Origin: Phoronis australis
Lineage: Eukaryota; Animalia; Phoronida
Assembly (NCBI GenBank): GCA_002633005.1
Contig: NMRA01000399.1
Coordinates: forward strand, 257,288-321,287
Direction: 5' to 3'
DNA: 64,000 nt
Shown: positions 1-12,205 of the stretch, one piece after another
Numbering within the stretch: position 1 is the first letter of the stretch
How the letters are laid out: each line of letters begins with the position of its first letter
The notes under the pieces: model-generated
The model's database searches: none
What the model was told of the DNA's origin: nothing
Seen by the model: only the letters and a program-made list of their open reading frames with translations
Program-made: the position numbers and the translations under genes

Positions 1-237
1 GATGCCAACTGTGGTACACTTTAACTAGAGCATGGAAACTCTTTTAATTTAATAATAGTTAAAATTTCATGGAAAAGACGAAAAATATAATTTCCCATAT
101 TTGCCACATCTCATAACAGATTGTGAGATTTGTACATTAAAATTAGTGATAATACACATTCACAAGCCTGGGTTACCAAGCAACCACAATGAAGGTTTAT
201 TTGGCAGAACCACAAACACTGTGGGTAAAAAACTCAC

Positions 238-293
238 ACAAATGGGATCCATAAACATACACTCGCTGTTGACTTCTGGGATATTCTTCTTCT
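238..293 (-). CDS. RGS3: RGS3-like gene exon, linker after C2 (KKNIPEVNSECMFMDPIC); gene continues beyond position 1
   Basis: gtttcag| acceptor in phase 1 matches the previous donor. Ends TGT|gtgagt, but an earlier gtatgt donor is also possible. Confidence 0.6.
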
Positions 294-765
294 CTGAAAC
301 GCCAATCACAAAAACATGAAAAGCGAAACAAACATATTTTATCGCAGAAGCACATTTCTCTAAGTCCAGAACAAAAATCAAGTCTTTGTAGCTGGAGCAC
401 ATAACACAACATTTTCAAAGGGCATGAGTCTGTTTCCTAGACAACTGGACTAAAAAGAATAGTTTTATTAAAGATTCCTCAAATTTTTTTTGTTCAGATA
501 AAATATACAGAATGATTTCTTTACTGAACAAAAAAACATGGTCACATGGTTAAAAATGACCAATTAATATTCATATGTTTGTGTGATCATCAAAGGTAGA
601 CAGTTACCAGTAAATTTCGGAAATCATAAAAGCATTTGCTGAAACTTGTCATGATCACAGGGTGTACGTTCACTTCATGTCATGATCACAGGGTGTACAT
701 TCACTACGCTTGCTGTGCTTTAAGAATCGATAACATATATAAAACAAAACTGTAGAGTTGCTTAC

Positions 766-850
766 TTGCAGAGACTTTGGCACAGACAACCCTCAGGTGT
801 TTCCTGCGCCCTAGAGATTCTGTGAGCAGATGATACCAGCCAGAGACGGT
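766..850 (-). CDS. RGS3: RGS3-like gene exon, C2 end (TVSGWYHLLTESLGRRKHLRVVCAKVSA)
   Basis: tttcag| and |gtaag. Closely resembles human RGS3 'SGWYYLLGEHLGRTKHLKV' (from memory). Confidence 0.92.
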
Positions 851-1920
851 CTGAAATGTTGACAAATAATGGATTAAGAAAAGTAAATAGATTTATACTG
901 ACTGAAAACACAGAAAGAAAGAAATGTAGTAGGTGATTTTGAGGAAGGATGTCCAAAAGTTCTGAATCTGAGTGTTTCTGGATAGATAAAAATCATTCAA
1001 AAGATTTAAGATATCAGTATTGTGCAGTCATGGCAAAATAAGACAATAGTAGTTTGGTGAATACTGGTGAATTTGATATCAAAGATTTCAACTCTTGCAA
1101 AGGACATTGAGTATTAAGCAATCTTACACTAACAGGATTTGCACGCAAGTGGACAAGAAAGCGTGCACTGTTCACCAGAGTATCCAATGAAGTCCTCGGC
1201 ACATCCAAGGTTTGATGGCGCCGTCACGAACTGACACGGGCTAGTTGCTACTAAAGGGCTTGGCTGAACATGGTGGATGAAACAATTGTGGTCGTAAACC
1301 AGCATGCCTGTTTAGCATATGAGTTTCAAAGTCAAAAAAGTAAGTCAAACGACCAACACGACTGTTTTTAAAATTGAAAAGTAAATAATAGCCGTCTTTG
1401 GATTTTTAAAATCGATGCATTATAAGAGCAAATATCAAATACGTTTTCTTCGCATCGCCACTAAACCAAAAGCAATAATTTGTGAATGGATTAGGACGGG
1501 TTAGTCACAGTGTGGGTTGGGCTCCCTCTGGTGTTGAGGTAACACAACACTAAATGTTAGCGTAGGAGTTGTGTCATGTTTTACAAACAGAACATGTCTT
1601 TCAAAACAGGGCACATGGCCTCTTAAAGGAAAATGCAACCGTCTTAGTTCTGGTTACCTCATCAAATTAGCCCTGCTGCATATTTACTGTCTATAACTTG
1701 AACTGACATAGATCACATTCTATAGCGAGTCAGACATTGTGTTTGATCAATGGAAGATAATGTAGAAAATAAATATAAAAATAAAACAACAATGGATCAA
1801 CTGAAATTTTCGGATATAATCACATCCTTTGTAAACAGAAAAAGAAATAAAGTAAAATCAAGCACTATGTGACAAATGCCACATATCAGAAAATTTCAGT
1901 TGATCCATTATTGTTGTTTT

Positions 1921-1932
1921 ACACACACGCAC

Positions 1933-1972
<40 letters not shown>

Positions 1973-1999
1973 GCACACACACACACACACGGGCACACA
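1921..1999. repeat. (CA)n microsatellite running into an assembly gap
   Basis: Read directly. Confidence 0.95.
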
Positions 2000-2392
2000 N
2001 NNNNNNNNNNNNNNNNNNNNNNNNNNNNNNNNNNNNNNNNNNNNNNNNNNNNNNNNNNNNNNNNNNNNNNNNNNNNNNNNNNNNNNNNNNNNNNNNNNNN
2101 NNNNNNNNNNNNNNNNNNNNNNNNNNNNNNNNNNNNNNNNNNNNNNNNNNNNNNNNNNNNNNNNNNNNNNNNNNNNNNNNNNNNNNNNNNNNNNNNNNNN
2201 NNNNNNNNNNNNNNNNNNNNNNNNNNNNNNNNNNNNNNNNNNNNNNNNNNNNNNNNNNNNNNNNNNNNNNNNNNNNNNNNNNNNNNNNNNNNNNNNNNNN
2301 NNNNNNNNNNNNNNNNNNNNNNNNNNNNNNNNNNNNNNNNNNNNNNNNNNNNNNNNNNNNNNNNNNNNNNNNNNNNNNNNNNNNNNNNNNNN

Positions 2393-2606
2393 GAGTGTAC
2401 GCGCGGATAGAGAGTGTACGCGCGGCTAGTGAGTGTACGCCCGGCTAGTGAATGTACGCGCGGATAGTGAGTGTACGCGCGGCTAGTGAGTGTACGCGCG
2501 GATAGTGAGTGTACGCGCGGATAGTGAGTGTACGCGTGGCTAGTGAGTGTACGCGTGGCTAGTGAGTGTATGCGCAGATAGTGAGTGTACGCGTGGATAG
2601 TGAGTG
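2393..2606. repeat. 19-bp minisatellite GAGTGTACGCGCGGATAGT
   Basis: About 11 tandem copies leaving the gap. Confidence 0.95.
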
Positions 2607-2636
2607 CCTTCCTCTTTAAACTAATGACTTTCTCAC

Positions 2637-2697
2637 CTGTCCCTTGTTTAGCAGATGCTTCACTCCAAATGACATACATCCTAGCAACTCACTCTTA
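2637..2697 (-). CDS. RGS3: RGS3-like gene exon (KSELLGCMSFGVKHLLNKGQ)
   Basis: tttcag| and CAG|gtgaga. GCMSFGV is the signature of PKC/RGS3-type C2 domains. Confidence 0.92.
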
Positions 2698-2807
2698 CTG
2701 AAATGGAGACAGAAAATTATCATCACCGTGCCTGTTATTTAGTAGAGAAAACTGGTTCTCAAAATGCGCAACTATCACTGGTACATGAGCCTACATGAAA
2801 AACACTT

Positions 2808-4149
2808 GACGGCTAAATCACAATCAAGGTCCATATTCGAGTGTTGACTGTGTTACAGTCTAGTATAATTTTTTTTGGTCACTTACCAAATGCCAACTGA
2901 ATCTCATAGGCAAAGAGTTATTTAGTTGTGCAAATTAAAAAAAAGGTTCATCAAATTCGGACGTTTGAGAAATTTATGCATGTTTTTGTTTATGAACTTC
3001 ATGCATTTTTAGCGTTACGAGTGGCCATTTTAAAAATTACTATTTTCAACTGCCAACAGTAGAAAAGATATTTATTTTATTAAGTAAGAAATTGCTTAGA
3101 TATCAGAATCACTTAGATGAAATTGTGCTTAATCATTGAGAAATGGTAGGGTTCATCATAAAACATGAACTAATTCTCAGTACATTGTAAGTATTCTTTA
3201 TAAACCTGACAAGTCACTGAAATGTAGTGTACATACCCCTGTGTAGTGTACATACCTTCAACCTCTGGGCTATAAAGTATTGTCCACAAGTATTTCTACA
3301 TACTGCTGTTCTCATGAACAATATTGGTATTTCCAAAATGTGTCCAGTTTGACAAAAAAACAATGGACATTATCAAATTTGTGGGCAATAAATTGCCACA
3401 CAGGACTTGGCTAGTACTTAACATTCTAGAAGACATGTCATGTGACAACTGATGTTGTAGAGGCAGGTTCTCTATCTCTCAAAACAACTTGCAACAAACC
3501 AACAAGTATAGAGACCAAAAAACTCGAGACCATCCCATACATTTGTAACTTAGTCAAAATTTGATGTTGATTGACTGTGCGTAGTTTAAGTACCCCCCAA
3601 CCAGTACCATCTTTTACTGTTTACAAGTTGACAACTGGGCCTAGCATTGCTTTAACTGTTTTGACCACCTGGTGAATGTATTGAAAACTAGGCAAATAGC
3701 ACCAATTGAGTTTCTGAAAAAAGTAGTTACTTGTCATTTTCTTTTTGTAAGAATGATATTGCAAGAGAAGAAGTTCTCATTATACTGTGTTAAGATATGC
3801 AATGTATCATCATCTAGAACAACTTGATCAGTAGGGTAATAACTTTTCTTACTTTAGTATGTGATACTTCTTCAATTTGATCAAGAACTTATTAAATGAA
3901 CAGCTACCTTATGAAATTTTGCGTGGTAGAAGTGGGCTGTGACCACAAGTTGTAGTGTACGTACCCTTTTATATAACTGTGATGCATTACGCCAAAAATT
4001 TTATTCGTGGTTCTTGAGCAAAATATTTTAGATTACAAACATGGAATGATGGTACTTTAAAATAACCCAGCTTTTACAGTAAAATGACAATCTTCATTTT
4101 TCACCAAAAGTGGCCACCGAATATGGACCTTGATTGTCATTTGCCCATT
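2808..4149. mobile_element. Non-autonomous TIR DNA transposon in an RGS3-like intron (superfamily unassigned)
   Basis: ACAATCAAGGTCCATATTCG (2820-2839) is inverted at 4118-4137, with imperfect outward extension. No clear TSD and no ORF. Confidence 0.7.
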
Positions 4150-4235
4150 GAGTAACAAATTGAAGTAAAAGTATTGTTTCCGAAATAGGTGCGTGGGCTC
4201 AAATACGCTAACATACAGCAATCACTTACAATGCG

Positions 4236-4350
4236 CATGACCCACCCGTGATCCCATGACCCACCTGTGATCCATGACCCACCCGTGATCCCCATTACCC
4301 ACCTGTGATCTCATGACACACCTGTGATCCCCATGACCCACCTGTGATCC
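4236..4350. repeat. 18-20-bp minisatellite CATGACCCACCTGTGATCC, 6 copies
   Basis: Read directly. Overlaps the exon donor at 4342. Confidence 0.9.
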
Positions 4351-4410
4351 TCGTCTCTATGCCAGGAAGATATCAATAACCTCTTCTCCCTGTCTGCCTC
4401 TAAGATCTCA
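4342..4410 (-). CDS. RGS3: RGS3-like gene exon (EILEADREKRLLISSWHRDEDHS)
   Basis: ttttacag| and AG|gtgggt, phase 2 to 2. C2 strand 'KRLLISxW'. Confidence 0.85.
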
Positions 4411-5169
4411 CTGTAAAACAAAGTGAGAACATTCTGTCAATCCAGTCGTCATGTCGCACCCTGTTGAACATGTCATGTCGCACCCTGTTGAACATGTCTT
4501 AAAAATGAAATACTGTTTTCTGCTCCGTTTTATAAACTACAACTTCATTCTCACACTCATCTTGAACAAACAAGACATTAATTACTGAAATTAAAATTGA
4601 AATCAAGTTTATTTCCCCTCAAGCAACTGAAACACAAGCATGACTTACAATGATTTGTTTGCAATCTGACAAAAGAACTATTTTTAATCATTTTTAATAT
4701 CACGGGATATTTTTGCAAAACAAAAATGAGTATGCACCCCACAATAAAAAGGGGTAAAATAAAACAGGACATCTAGCGACCCATCTGAGAGGAATGAGGG
4801 GAGAGCGAAGGGAAACAAAAAATATTTTGAGGACTGAGATTATGTAATGTAACATCAAATTAGTGTAACTCTCACTGAAGGGGCTGTAGCCAGTAGGAAT
4901 GTGTCGTTGAGCAACATTTTTCAGCACAAAACAATTAATGGTGGAATCATATTTAGCTACTATGATAGCAAGCTTGTCTTGCAATCAGTCGTCCGGACGG
5001 GTACTTAAGAGTAGTCACTTTGTTCAACTGCTTCTGATGTCTATGTGTTATAAGCTTCGTGTTATGTGATAGTTTTGTCACTATTGCTGTAGCAACATCA
5101 TTGTGAAAACAAACCAAGCTTGCGTATGATTTGATTTCAAGTAATTAATGGAGCTCATTTTTAACTCAC

Positions 5170-5264
5170 AATGAAAATTTCTGGTCGAACAACGGTTTGT
5201 TGGAGGCAGGCACGACATCCGTCTTGCATCGCGTTCTTTTTTCAGAGTCAGGAACCAAAGACAA
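5170..5264 (-). CDS. RGS3: RGS3-like gene exon (LSLVPDSEKRTRCKTDVVPASNKPLFDQKFSF)
   Basis: Polypyrimidine tract plus cag| and |gtgagt, phase 0 to 2. Typical C2 core 'kT......nP.F.e.F.F'. Confidence 0.9.
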
Positions 5265-5588
5265 CTGAAAGAAACAAAAAGAGAAAGAAATCTGAAAGCA
5301 GCCAATATGGGTCAGGTGTCCTTTATTTACCCCAAGCCTCACCTGATGATCGTGAAATGTGTCGGAATCTTTCGGTTTTCACCCAGCTCCCCCTCGTGTC
5401 ACTTTGAGGCACAGGTTTCCAAATGAGTCGGGCACAGACTATGCTACTTCTGGCCTTACAAATAACTTCTGGAGTTTGCAAACACTAACAAATTATGACC
5501 GCTGGAGACCGAACTTACAACTGCCATCTTGTCAGTTTACACACCCCAAGCAGACAAACAGGAAACAGATTGGTTTCACATCTACAGT

Positions 5589-5712
5589 GCCATCCACAGC
5601 ATCCCGTCCACAGCATCCCGTCCAAGGCATTAGGTCCAGGGCATCCCGTCCAGGGCATCCCGTCCAGGGCATCCCGTCCACGGCATCCCATTCACAGCAT
5701 CCCATCCAGACA
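5589..5712. repeat. 14-bp minisatellite GCATCCCGTCCAGG
   Basis: Degenerate tandem copies. Confidence 0.85.
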
Positions 5713-5964
5713 CAGCCTGCCTTAGTGCACCTTGCAGTAGTGTATCTTGCCCCACTTTTGAGTTGAGCGTCCACACACACACATATCCGATAACTAGGGT
5801 AAGGTGGAAGTTGTCGCTCTGTGCGTGACAATGAATGCCTAATGCGAGTACGACATGCAATAGAAAATGTTTGTAACCGCAGCTGATAATTACTTGCACC
5901 AGTTTCACACAGTGACTACAGGTGGCGCAAGTTACCTAAGAACAAGCTATCTCACCTCCATAAT

Positions 5965-6200
5965 GTGGAGTAAATTGTCTCAAGTGGAGTAAGTTGTCAC
6001 AAGTGGGGCAAGTTGTCACAAGTGGAGCAAGTTGTCACAAGTGGGGTAAGTTGTCACAAGTGTGGCAAGTTGTCACAAGTGGGGTAAGTTGTCATATGTG
6101 GAGTGAGTTGTCACAAGTGGAGTAAATTGTCATATGTGGAGTAAGTTGTCACACGTGGAGTGAGTTGTCACAAGTGGGGTATGTTGTCACAAGTGGAGTA
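5965..6200. repeat. 19-bp minisatellite GTGGAGTAAGTTGTCACAA
   Basis: About 12 tandem copies. Confidence 0.92.
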
Positions 6201-6783
6201 ACCGTCCACACAGCACTCAAGCCTAGTGATAACTCGTTCCAGAAGTAACTTGTTCTGTGGCAAGTCTGAGTGTGGACAGCACTTAAATAACAAGTGGAAC
6301 TACTTGTTGATACTTAGGAGCTAGAAAATAATTAAGGATCGCCTTTACAGTAATGAGTAATATTGCAAAAAGCCCGGAGGGTGAAAACTCAAAAGCGCAC
6401 CACTTTACAAAGAGAAATATCAAGATTCGAAAACAATTCACGCACACTAACTAGAACTGAAATTGAGCTTGTTTAGTCCAATGTCTCTGGTCAGTCACAA
6501 AACTACCGAACAGAAAATATTCATTTCGGCAAAACCATTTACACTGTCTGATGAGGGGCGTGGAATGAACCACGATTAATGAGAGGCCCAAGTATTGCTC
6601 CGCAATTGACCATAAGGGTGTGCGGAATGTGTAAATTTACACTCAAAATGCAATCCTTAAGGTGGAAATTTCTTACAAAACACCAACCACTGCAAGCAGT
6701 TTGTTTCAAAACACCGACTACTGCAGCAGTATGTTTCAAAACATCAACCACTGCAGCAGTTCATTCCAAAACATCAAACTTAC

Positions 6784-6842
6784 TCTCACATAAGAGTTGC
6801 AGTTTTCCTTCCACTTTGACCTCAAATGTCTCGACTGAATTA
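6784..6842 (-). CDS. RGS3: RGS3-like gene exon (IQSRHLRSKWKENCNSYVR), copy 1
   Basis: tttcag| and |gtaagt, phase 1 to 0. Contains the C2 'CxSYVK'-type motif. Confidence 0.8.
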
Positions 6843-7776
6843 CTGAAATGAAATGCAACAAGTTAAACATGACAGAGCAATACCGGGTTTTGGCCACTAG
6901 GTGGAGCTTTGCCATGACGATGCAAAATCGCTACTGCAATTCTTCAATTCAAGTGCTGCCAACAACTAGACAATACAAGGTGTTTAAAATAATGCCATAC
7001 ACAATAATATCTCAAGAATTTCTGACAAAATGATAAAATTGCCAAAATTAACAATTTTCTTATTGTTAGAGGGTTTCTACCATTGTTGTGAATGTTCACA
7101 ACTTTGTGTGCTGTCTGATGGTACATGGTAGAGAGCTTTTTGTGCTGTCTGATGGTACCAATGGGAGAGGGCCTGAAAGGACCAAAGCATTAGTTTGGTT
7201 ATGGCTACCTTTCATGAAAAATGTTGAAAATAAAGTTATTTTTCCACCAGATTGTGACCCGATACAAGCAGCAAGAATTTCTCTTTCAAAAACTCTTAGG
7301 ATCACAACTTGTTTGCATTCAAGGCCTCAAAAGGCTTTAGTAAGAATTGTCAGTCAATTCAAAATTTTTGGGATGGAGATTGAAAATTTTGGAAGTTTAA
7401 ATCTGAGTGACGACAAATGATTTGCAACATGGAGGTCGACAATATAGTGAAAATTCTCTAGTTTGGAGTTTCTAAAATTTGAAACACCACAATTCAAGTA
7501 GAAATTGATTTTTTTTTTCATATGAACAATGGGACATGGGCTAAATCATAATATTTTTAAAATCAGACATTGGATTTTTAAACCAGCGAAATCTGAAATT
7601 AGACTTGGCAGTTCATAAAATCATCAAGANTGACCATAAGGGTGTGCGGAATGTGTAAATTTACACTCAAAATGCAATCCTTAAGGTGGAAATTTCTTAC
7701 AAAACACCAACCACTGCAGCAGTATGTTTCAAAACATCAACCACTGCAGCAGTTCATTCCAAAACATCACACTTAC

Positions 7777-7835
7777 TCTAACATAAGAGTTGCAGTTTTC
7801 CTTCCACTTTGACCTCAAATGTCTCGACTGAATTA
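7777..7835 (-). CDS. RGS3: Same RGS3-like exon, copy 2, inside the duplicated block
   Basis: Same peptide with one synonymous difference (GTG/GTT Val). Lies in the 7631-8614 duplicate. Confidence 0.6.
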
Positions 7836-8651
7836 CTGAAATGAAATGCAACAAGTTAAACATGACAGAGCAATACCGGGTTTTGGCCACTAGGTGGAGC
7901 TTTGCCATGAATTCGCTACTGCAATTCTTCAATTCAAGTGCTGCCAACAACTAGACAATACAAGGTGTTTAAAATAATGCCATACACAATAATATCTCAA
8001 GAATTTCTGACAAAATGATAAAATTGCCAAAATTAACCATTTTCTTATTGTTAGAGGGTTTCTACCATTGTTGTGAATGTTCACAACTTTGTGTGCTGTC
8101 TGATGGTACATGGTAGAGAGCTTTTTGTGGTGTCTGATGGTACCAATGGGAGAGGGCCTGAAAGGACCAAAGCATTAGTTTGGTTATGGCTACCTTTCAT
8201 GAAAAATGTTGAAAATAAAGTTATTTTTCCACCAGATTGTGACCCGATACAAGCAGCAAGAATTTCTCTTTCAAAAACTCTTAGGATCACAACTTGTTTG
8301 CATTCAAGGCCTCAAAAGGCTTTAGTAAGAATTGTCAGTCAATTCAAAATTTTTGGGATGGAGATTGAAAATTTTGGAAGTTTAAATCTGAGTGACGACA
8401 AATGATTTGCAACATGGAGGTCGACAATATAGTGAAAATTCTCTAGTTTGGAGTTTCTAAAATTTGAAACACCACAATTCAAGTAGAAATTGATTTTTTT
8501 TTTCATATGAACAATGGGACATGGGCTAAATCATAATATTTTTAAAATCAGACATTGGATTTTTAAACCAGCGAAATCTGAAATTAGACTTGGCAGTTCA
8601 TAAAATCATCAAGAACAAGTTCAGACAATGCAATGTATTCATGAGTCCCTA

Positions 8652-8815
8652 TTAGTGTGTAACAAGGTGAATGACTGTTTAGTGCGTAACAAGGTGAATG
8701 ACTGTTTAGTGCGTAACAAGGTGAATGACTGTTTAGTGCGTAACAAGGTGAATGACTGTTTAGTGCGTAACAAGGTGAATGACTGTTTAGTGCGTAACAA
8801 GGTGAATGACTGTTT
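8652..8815. repeat. 27-bp minisatellite TAGTGCGTAACAAGGTGAATGACTGTT, 6 copies
   Basis: Near-identical tandem copies. Confidence 0.95.
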
Positions 8816-8970
8816 GCCACAGATATAAAGTCTTGAATTTGGTAAAAGCCCCGACCTAGAGCAAAAATAATTTTTCACCCTCCCAAACTGAAGAAATTTT
8901 TACCGTACAAACAAAACCTGGTGAAATCAATATTGCACATGACTGTGACAACAGCCACTTGTCCACTCAC

Positions 8971-9021
8971 TGTTTATTGTCAGAAGACCATGGTTCATGT
9001 ACACCGATAACTTCAGCTGAC
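8971..9021 (-). CDS. RGS3: RGS3-like gene exon, C2 start (GQLKLSVYMNHGLLTIN)
   Basis: tgcag| acceptor and |gtgagt donor. Peptide resembles the start of the human RGS3 C2 domain (GQLRLSI...LLLHI, from memory). Confidence 0.85.
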
Positions 9022-12000
9022 CTGCAACAGTTATAAGAGAACATAACATTGTTATAATTTTTGAAACCATTGATAGAACTCAAACACAGTAGAGAAAATC
9101 ACATATCTTACTTATCCACGGCAAAGTGATTAAGTGAAATGTCAGAGCTGTGTCCTTCCAGAAGCAGTACTCAATTCTAAATGGTTTTAAATTACGAAAA
9201 CATTTATAATATATTCCATCAAATTCCCCGATTCTGGTCGCAATAAGACATATTTAAGAAGTTGAATTCCAGGCTTTGAGAAGGTGGTGCTGTTCTTTAT
9301 CAGGTTTACAGAAATAATAACTGTAACGCAGAGAAGTTATTGGTAAAATGGAGTTGTGGCGTCTTTCAGCGGAAAGTGCAAGACATTTCTCAAAATCATT
9401 TTGATGTTACTTATCACTCAAGATTGTAAAATGGAATTTGCTAATTCACAAAATGGAAAAACAGAAGTATAATTCTACTAAAATAGATTTCTCTGCTTTT
9501 GAAAATGGAAAACGGTTTCCGTTTATGCCCATAATGAAGTCACATGTGTTTGTTGATAACAGCTCTGTAATATGTAGTATGCCATTATGAAGTCAAGTTT
9601 TCTTTCCGTTTAATTTTGTTAAAAATTCTGACAAAATAATTTTCATCATTCCAAATTATTGTAATCTAAATTGAAGAAACTTCACAGTTACTTGCAATGA
9701 GAACCCGCTGCTACCCGCCAGAAACTTCTTCATCAATATGCAAATTGATCTACACTTTGACCTCTAGCTAAAGGTCATCAACTGCATCTCTTCATTGCCC
9801 CTTTGCTGCTTTTAAAGCCATGGTCAGTCCAATAGATACACTCATCAAAATACAGCTGTACTCCAGCCATTGGAAGTGCTAGGAAGTAGTAGGAGACACG
9901 TACGTCACTGTTGGCCATCATTATGTTATGGATTTGAACGATTCTGGCCTGTCTACCTTCAGTTCATTTCAATGCTTTTATTTACTGACCTCTTACAAGG
10001 CCTGCTTAGTCAAGATAACACAATGAGGTTACCATAGAAAAACACATACATGGTGAGCTTAAAGTTTTTGAAATTAAGGGCGCCAACACACTTCTAAGCT
10101 CCGACATAAGAAGAATGTTTTATAAATTACATTCGGCGGTTCAATTTTCATGTTTGCATTTCAACTCAGACTGCAACAGTGAAACTGGACGTGCAGCATT
10201 GTAGGTAAATACTACCGAATCAAAGACCCAATTCAAATCACTGACAGCATTGTATAAACAAACAACATTGCCTGGGCCATGGCTCAGTTTTGACCATTAG
10301 TCACCTCTGGCAGACGAACTTCGAAGACGCCATGCACTGCAGACATTGCAAACGGAAATGTAGGCCTATCGGTTTGGCACTAAGTCACCTAAGTGGCCAG
10401 GTCTGTTCTGGTTTTCTGGCATCCAGCTATCATGCAATCGGAATTTGATTAGGCCTACTGAATCTGCACAGTCGACATTGTCTTTCATATTCACTAGCTT
10501 TGACCTTTACCTTTCAACCAATCTTATAACGCTGTTCACAATATTTAGCGATGTATGAGTAGATGTAGATGCTGATAACAGCCTGTTTAATTTCAACTCA
10601 AAAACAACACCGACAGAGAACAGCACGCACTTTTCACAAAAGCGTGATTGAAGTTGCTAGCTAGCGCCACCTGTCTGACAATTCGAATACCAGAGTAATT
10701 GATTTTTTTTTGCGTGGACGTCTGATGATAACAGTGAATACATACTATTACAAATAAAATTTTGATTTTAAAAAATATTTGAGTGACCATGCCTTGAAGA
10801 TATGTGAAAACCTGAAACTGGAAACTATTTTGAAGGGAAATCGAAAAACATAATTTTTATTTTTTATTATTTTTAATTTAAAAAAACAAAACAAAAGAAT
10901 AACATTTATTCTCATCGTTTCAAGACAAAAATGGCAATATTTCCACGAAAGAGAGAATGGCTGTATTCGTTTTTATCATTGTTTATACTTCCCATAAGAA
11001 ATATTACGGAAATCATTCTACAGGAGCTAGCATTTCACAATACATGATGATTTTACCAAGTATTTGCTATTCCTCCGATTAGTCTACAATACTTTATACA
11101 TCAACTTGAGTCAAAGAAAGCAGAAATAAACAATACATTTTCCAATGCAACTTCTTTCTGAAGTAAGTAAAATGTTTATTTTAAGTAGATACAGCAAAAG
11201 AAAACATTGTTTTGAATGACGTAAACCGATCGAGTTTGTTGAACGATATCTATAGATATGCTTTATCAACAAGGAATATTCGTTACCACAATCACGGAAA
11301 GATGGTTATCCGCTGCTCAAACAAAGTGACGTTATTTTGAATTAACGAACGTGAGCAATCTGCTTTACGATCTACGGAGTAAGAACCACGGGTTGTATTC
11401 AAGGCAAGGTTCAAATTCTTGTTGACATAAAACTGGTAAATGTGCGACTAAATGTTTTTCAGCCACACTGAGAACAACTCTACATTATCCATATATGAGT
11501 TTTTCGTTTCCTGTTGTGTTCTTTAAAAATGCAATGTTAATCACCAGAATATGAAAGCTCAGTGGCGTACTGGTTGTAACCAGATTCCAAAAATTATCAG
11601 GCCAATTCATATTTACTCAAGCGGACAATGCGGTATGTGTATAGTGAAACAGACCAGATGGTGAATCGCGGTATGTGTATAGTGAAACAGACCAGATGGT
11701 GAATCGCGGTCGGGAAACTACGGGAACACAGGAAAGTGACAGTGAAGCCATGGGTCTAAAAAGCATAAAACCTGAAGTCTTTTGCAGTAGCAGTAGCAAC
11801 CGAAAGTAAAAACGTGAATAAACAAACGAAGGGCACCCGAATGTCATTAAAACTGAGCTAAGGACAGCAGTCAGTAGTTTGTGGGTTTGAAAATGGCGAT
11901 AACTACTACCGTAAAAAGTAAATAGTATATGACAGGGGATTACTACCGTAAAAAGGTAACTGGGAGAGTATACCTAGCAGGCTTAATTCGACTAAACTAC

Positions 12001-12084
12001 GGTCAGTCCGAACAGTAGCATGTGTACAGTACTTTTCTTCTGCATTACGACACAAGAGATAAAGGACAGATAGTCCGTTTCTAC

Positions 12085-12205
12085 CTTTATAAACCATGTG
12101 GACCGGTTCATTCTCTTTTCCAGTCCAAACGTCCTGTCTTTCCCTCAATTCCAAATACGGAAGTTCTCCACAGGTATCCGAATCCGAACTTTCCGACTTG
12201 TCCAT
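12085..12205 (-). CDS. RGS3-like C2-domain gene, probable first coding exon (MDKSESSDSD...HMVYK/G)
   Basis: ATG at 12205 with an in-frame stop upstream. Ends AAAG|GTAGAA in phase 1, which matches the phase-1 acceptor at 9021. Confidence 0.6.

Larger units (their letters stand above)
6607..8614. repeat. About 1-kb direct duplication joined by a single N at 7630 (probable uncollapsed haplotypes)
   Basis: 6607-7629 matches 7631-8614 with a few SNPs and indels. Confidence 0.9.

Noticed and set aside
1014-1310. Extra RGS3-like exon or Cys-rich ORF
   Set aside because: All three frames hit stops, and exons 2637-2697 and 766-850 already join in phase to complete the C2 domain.
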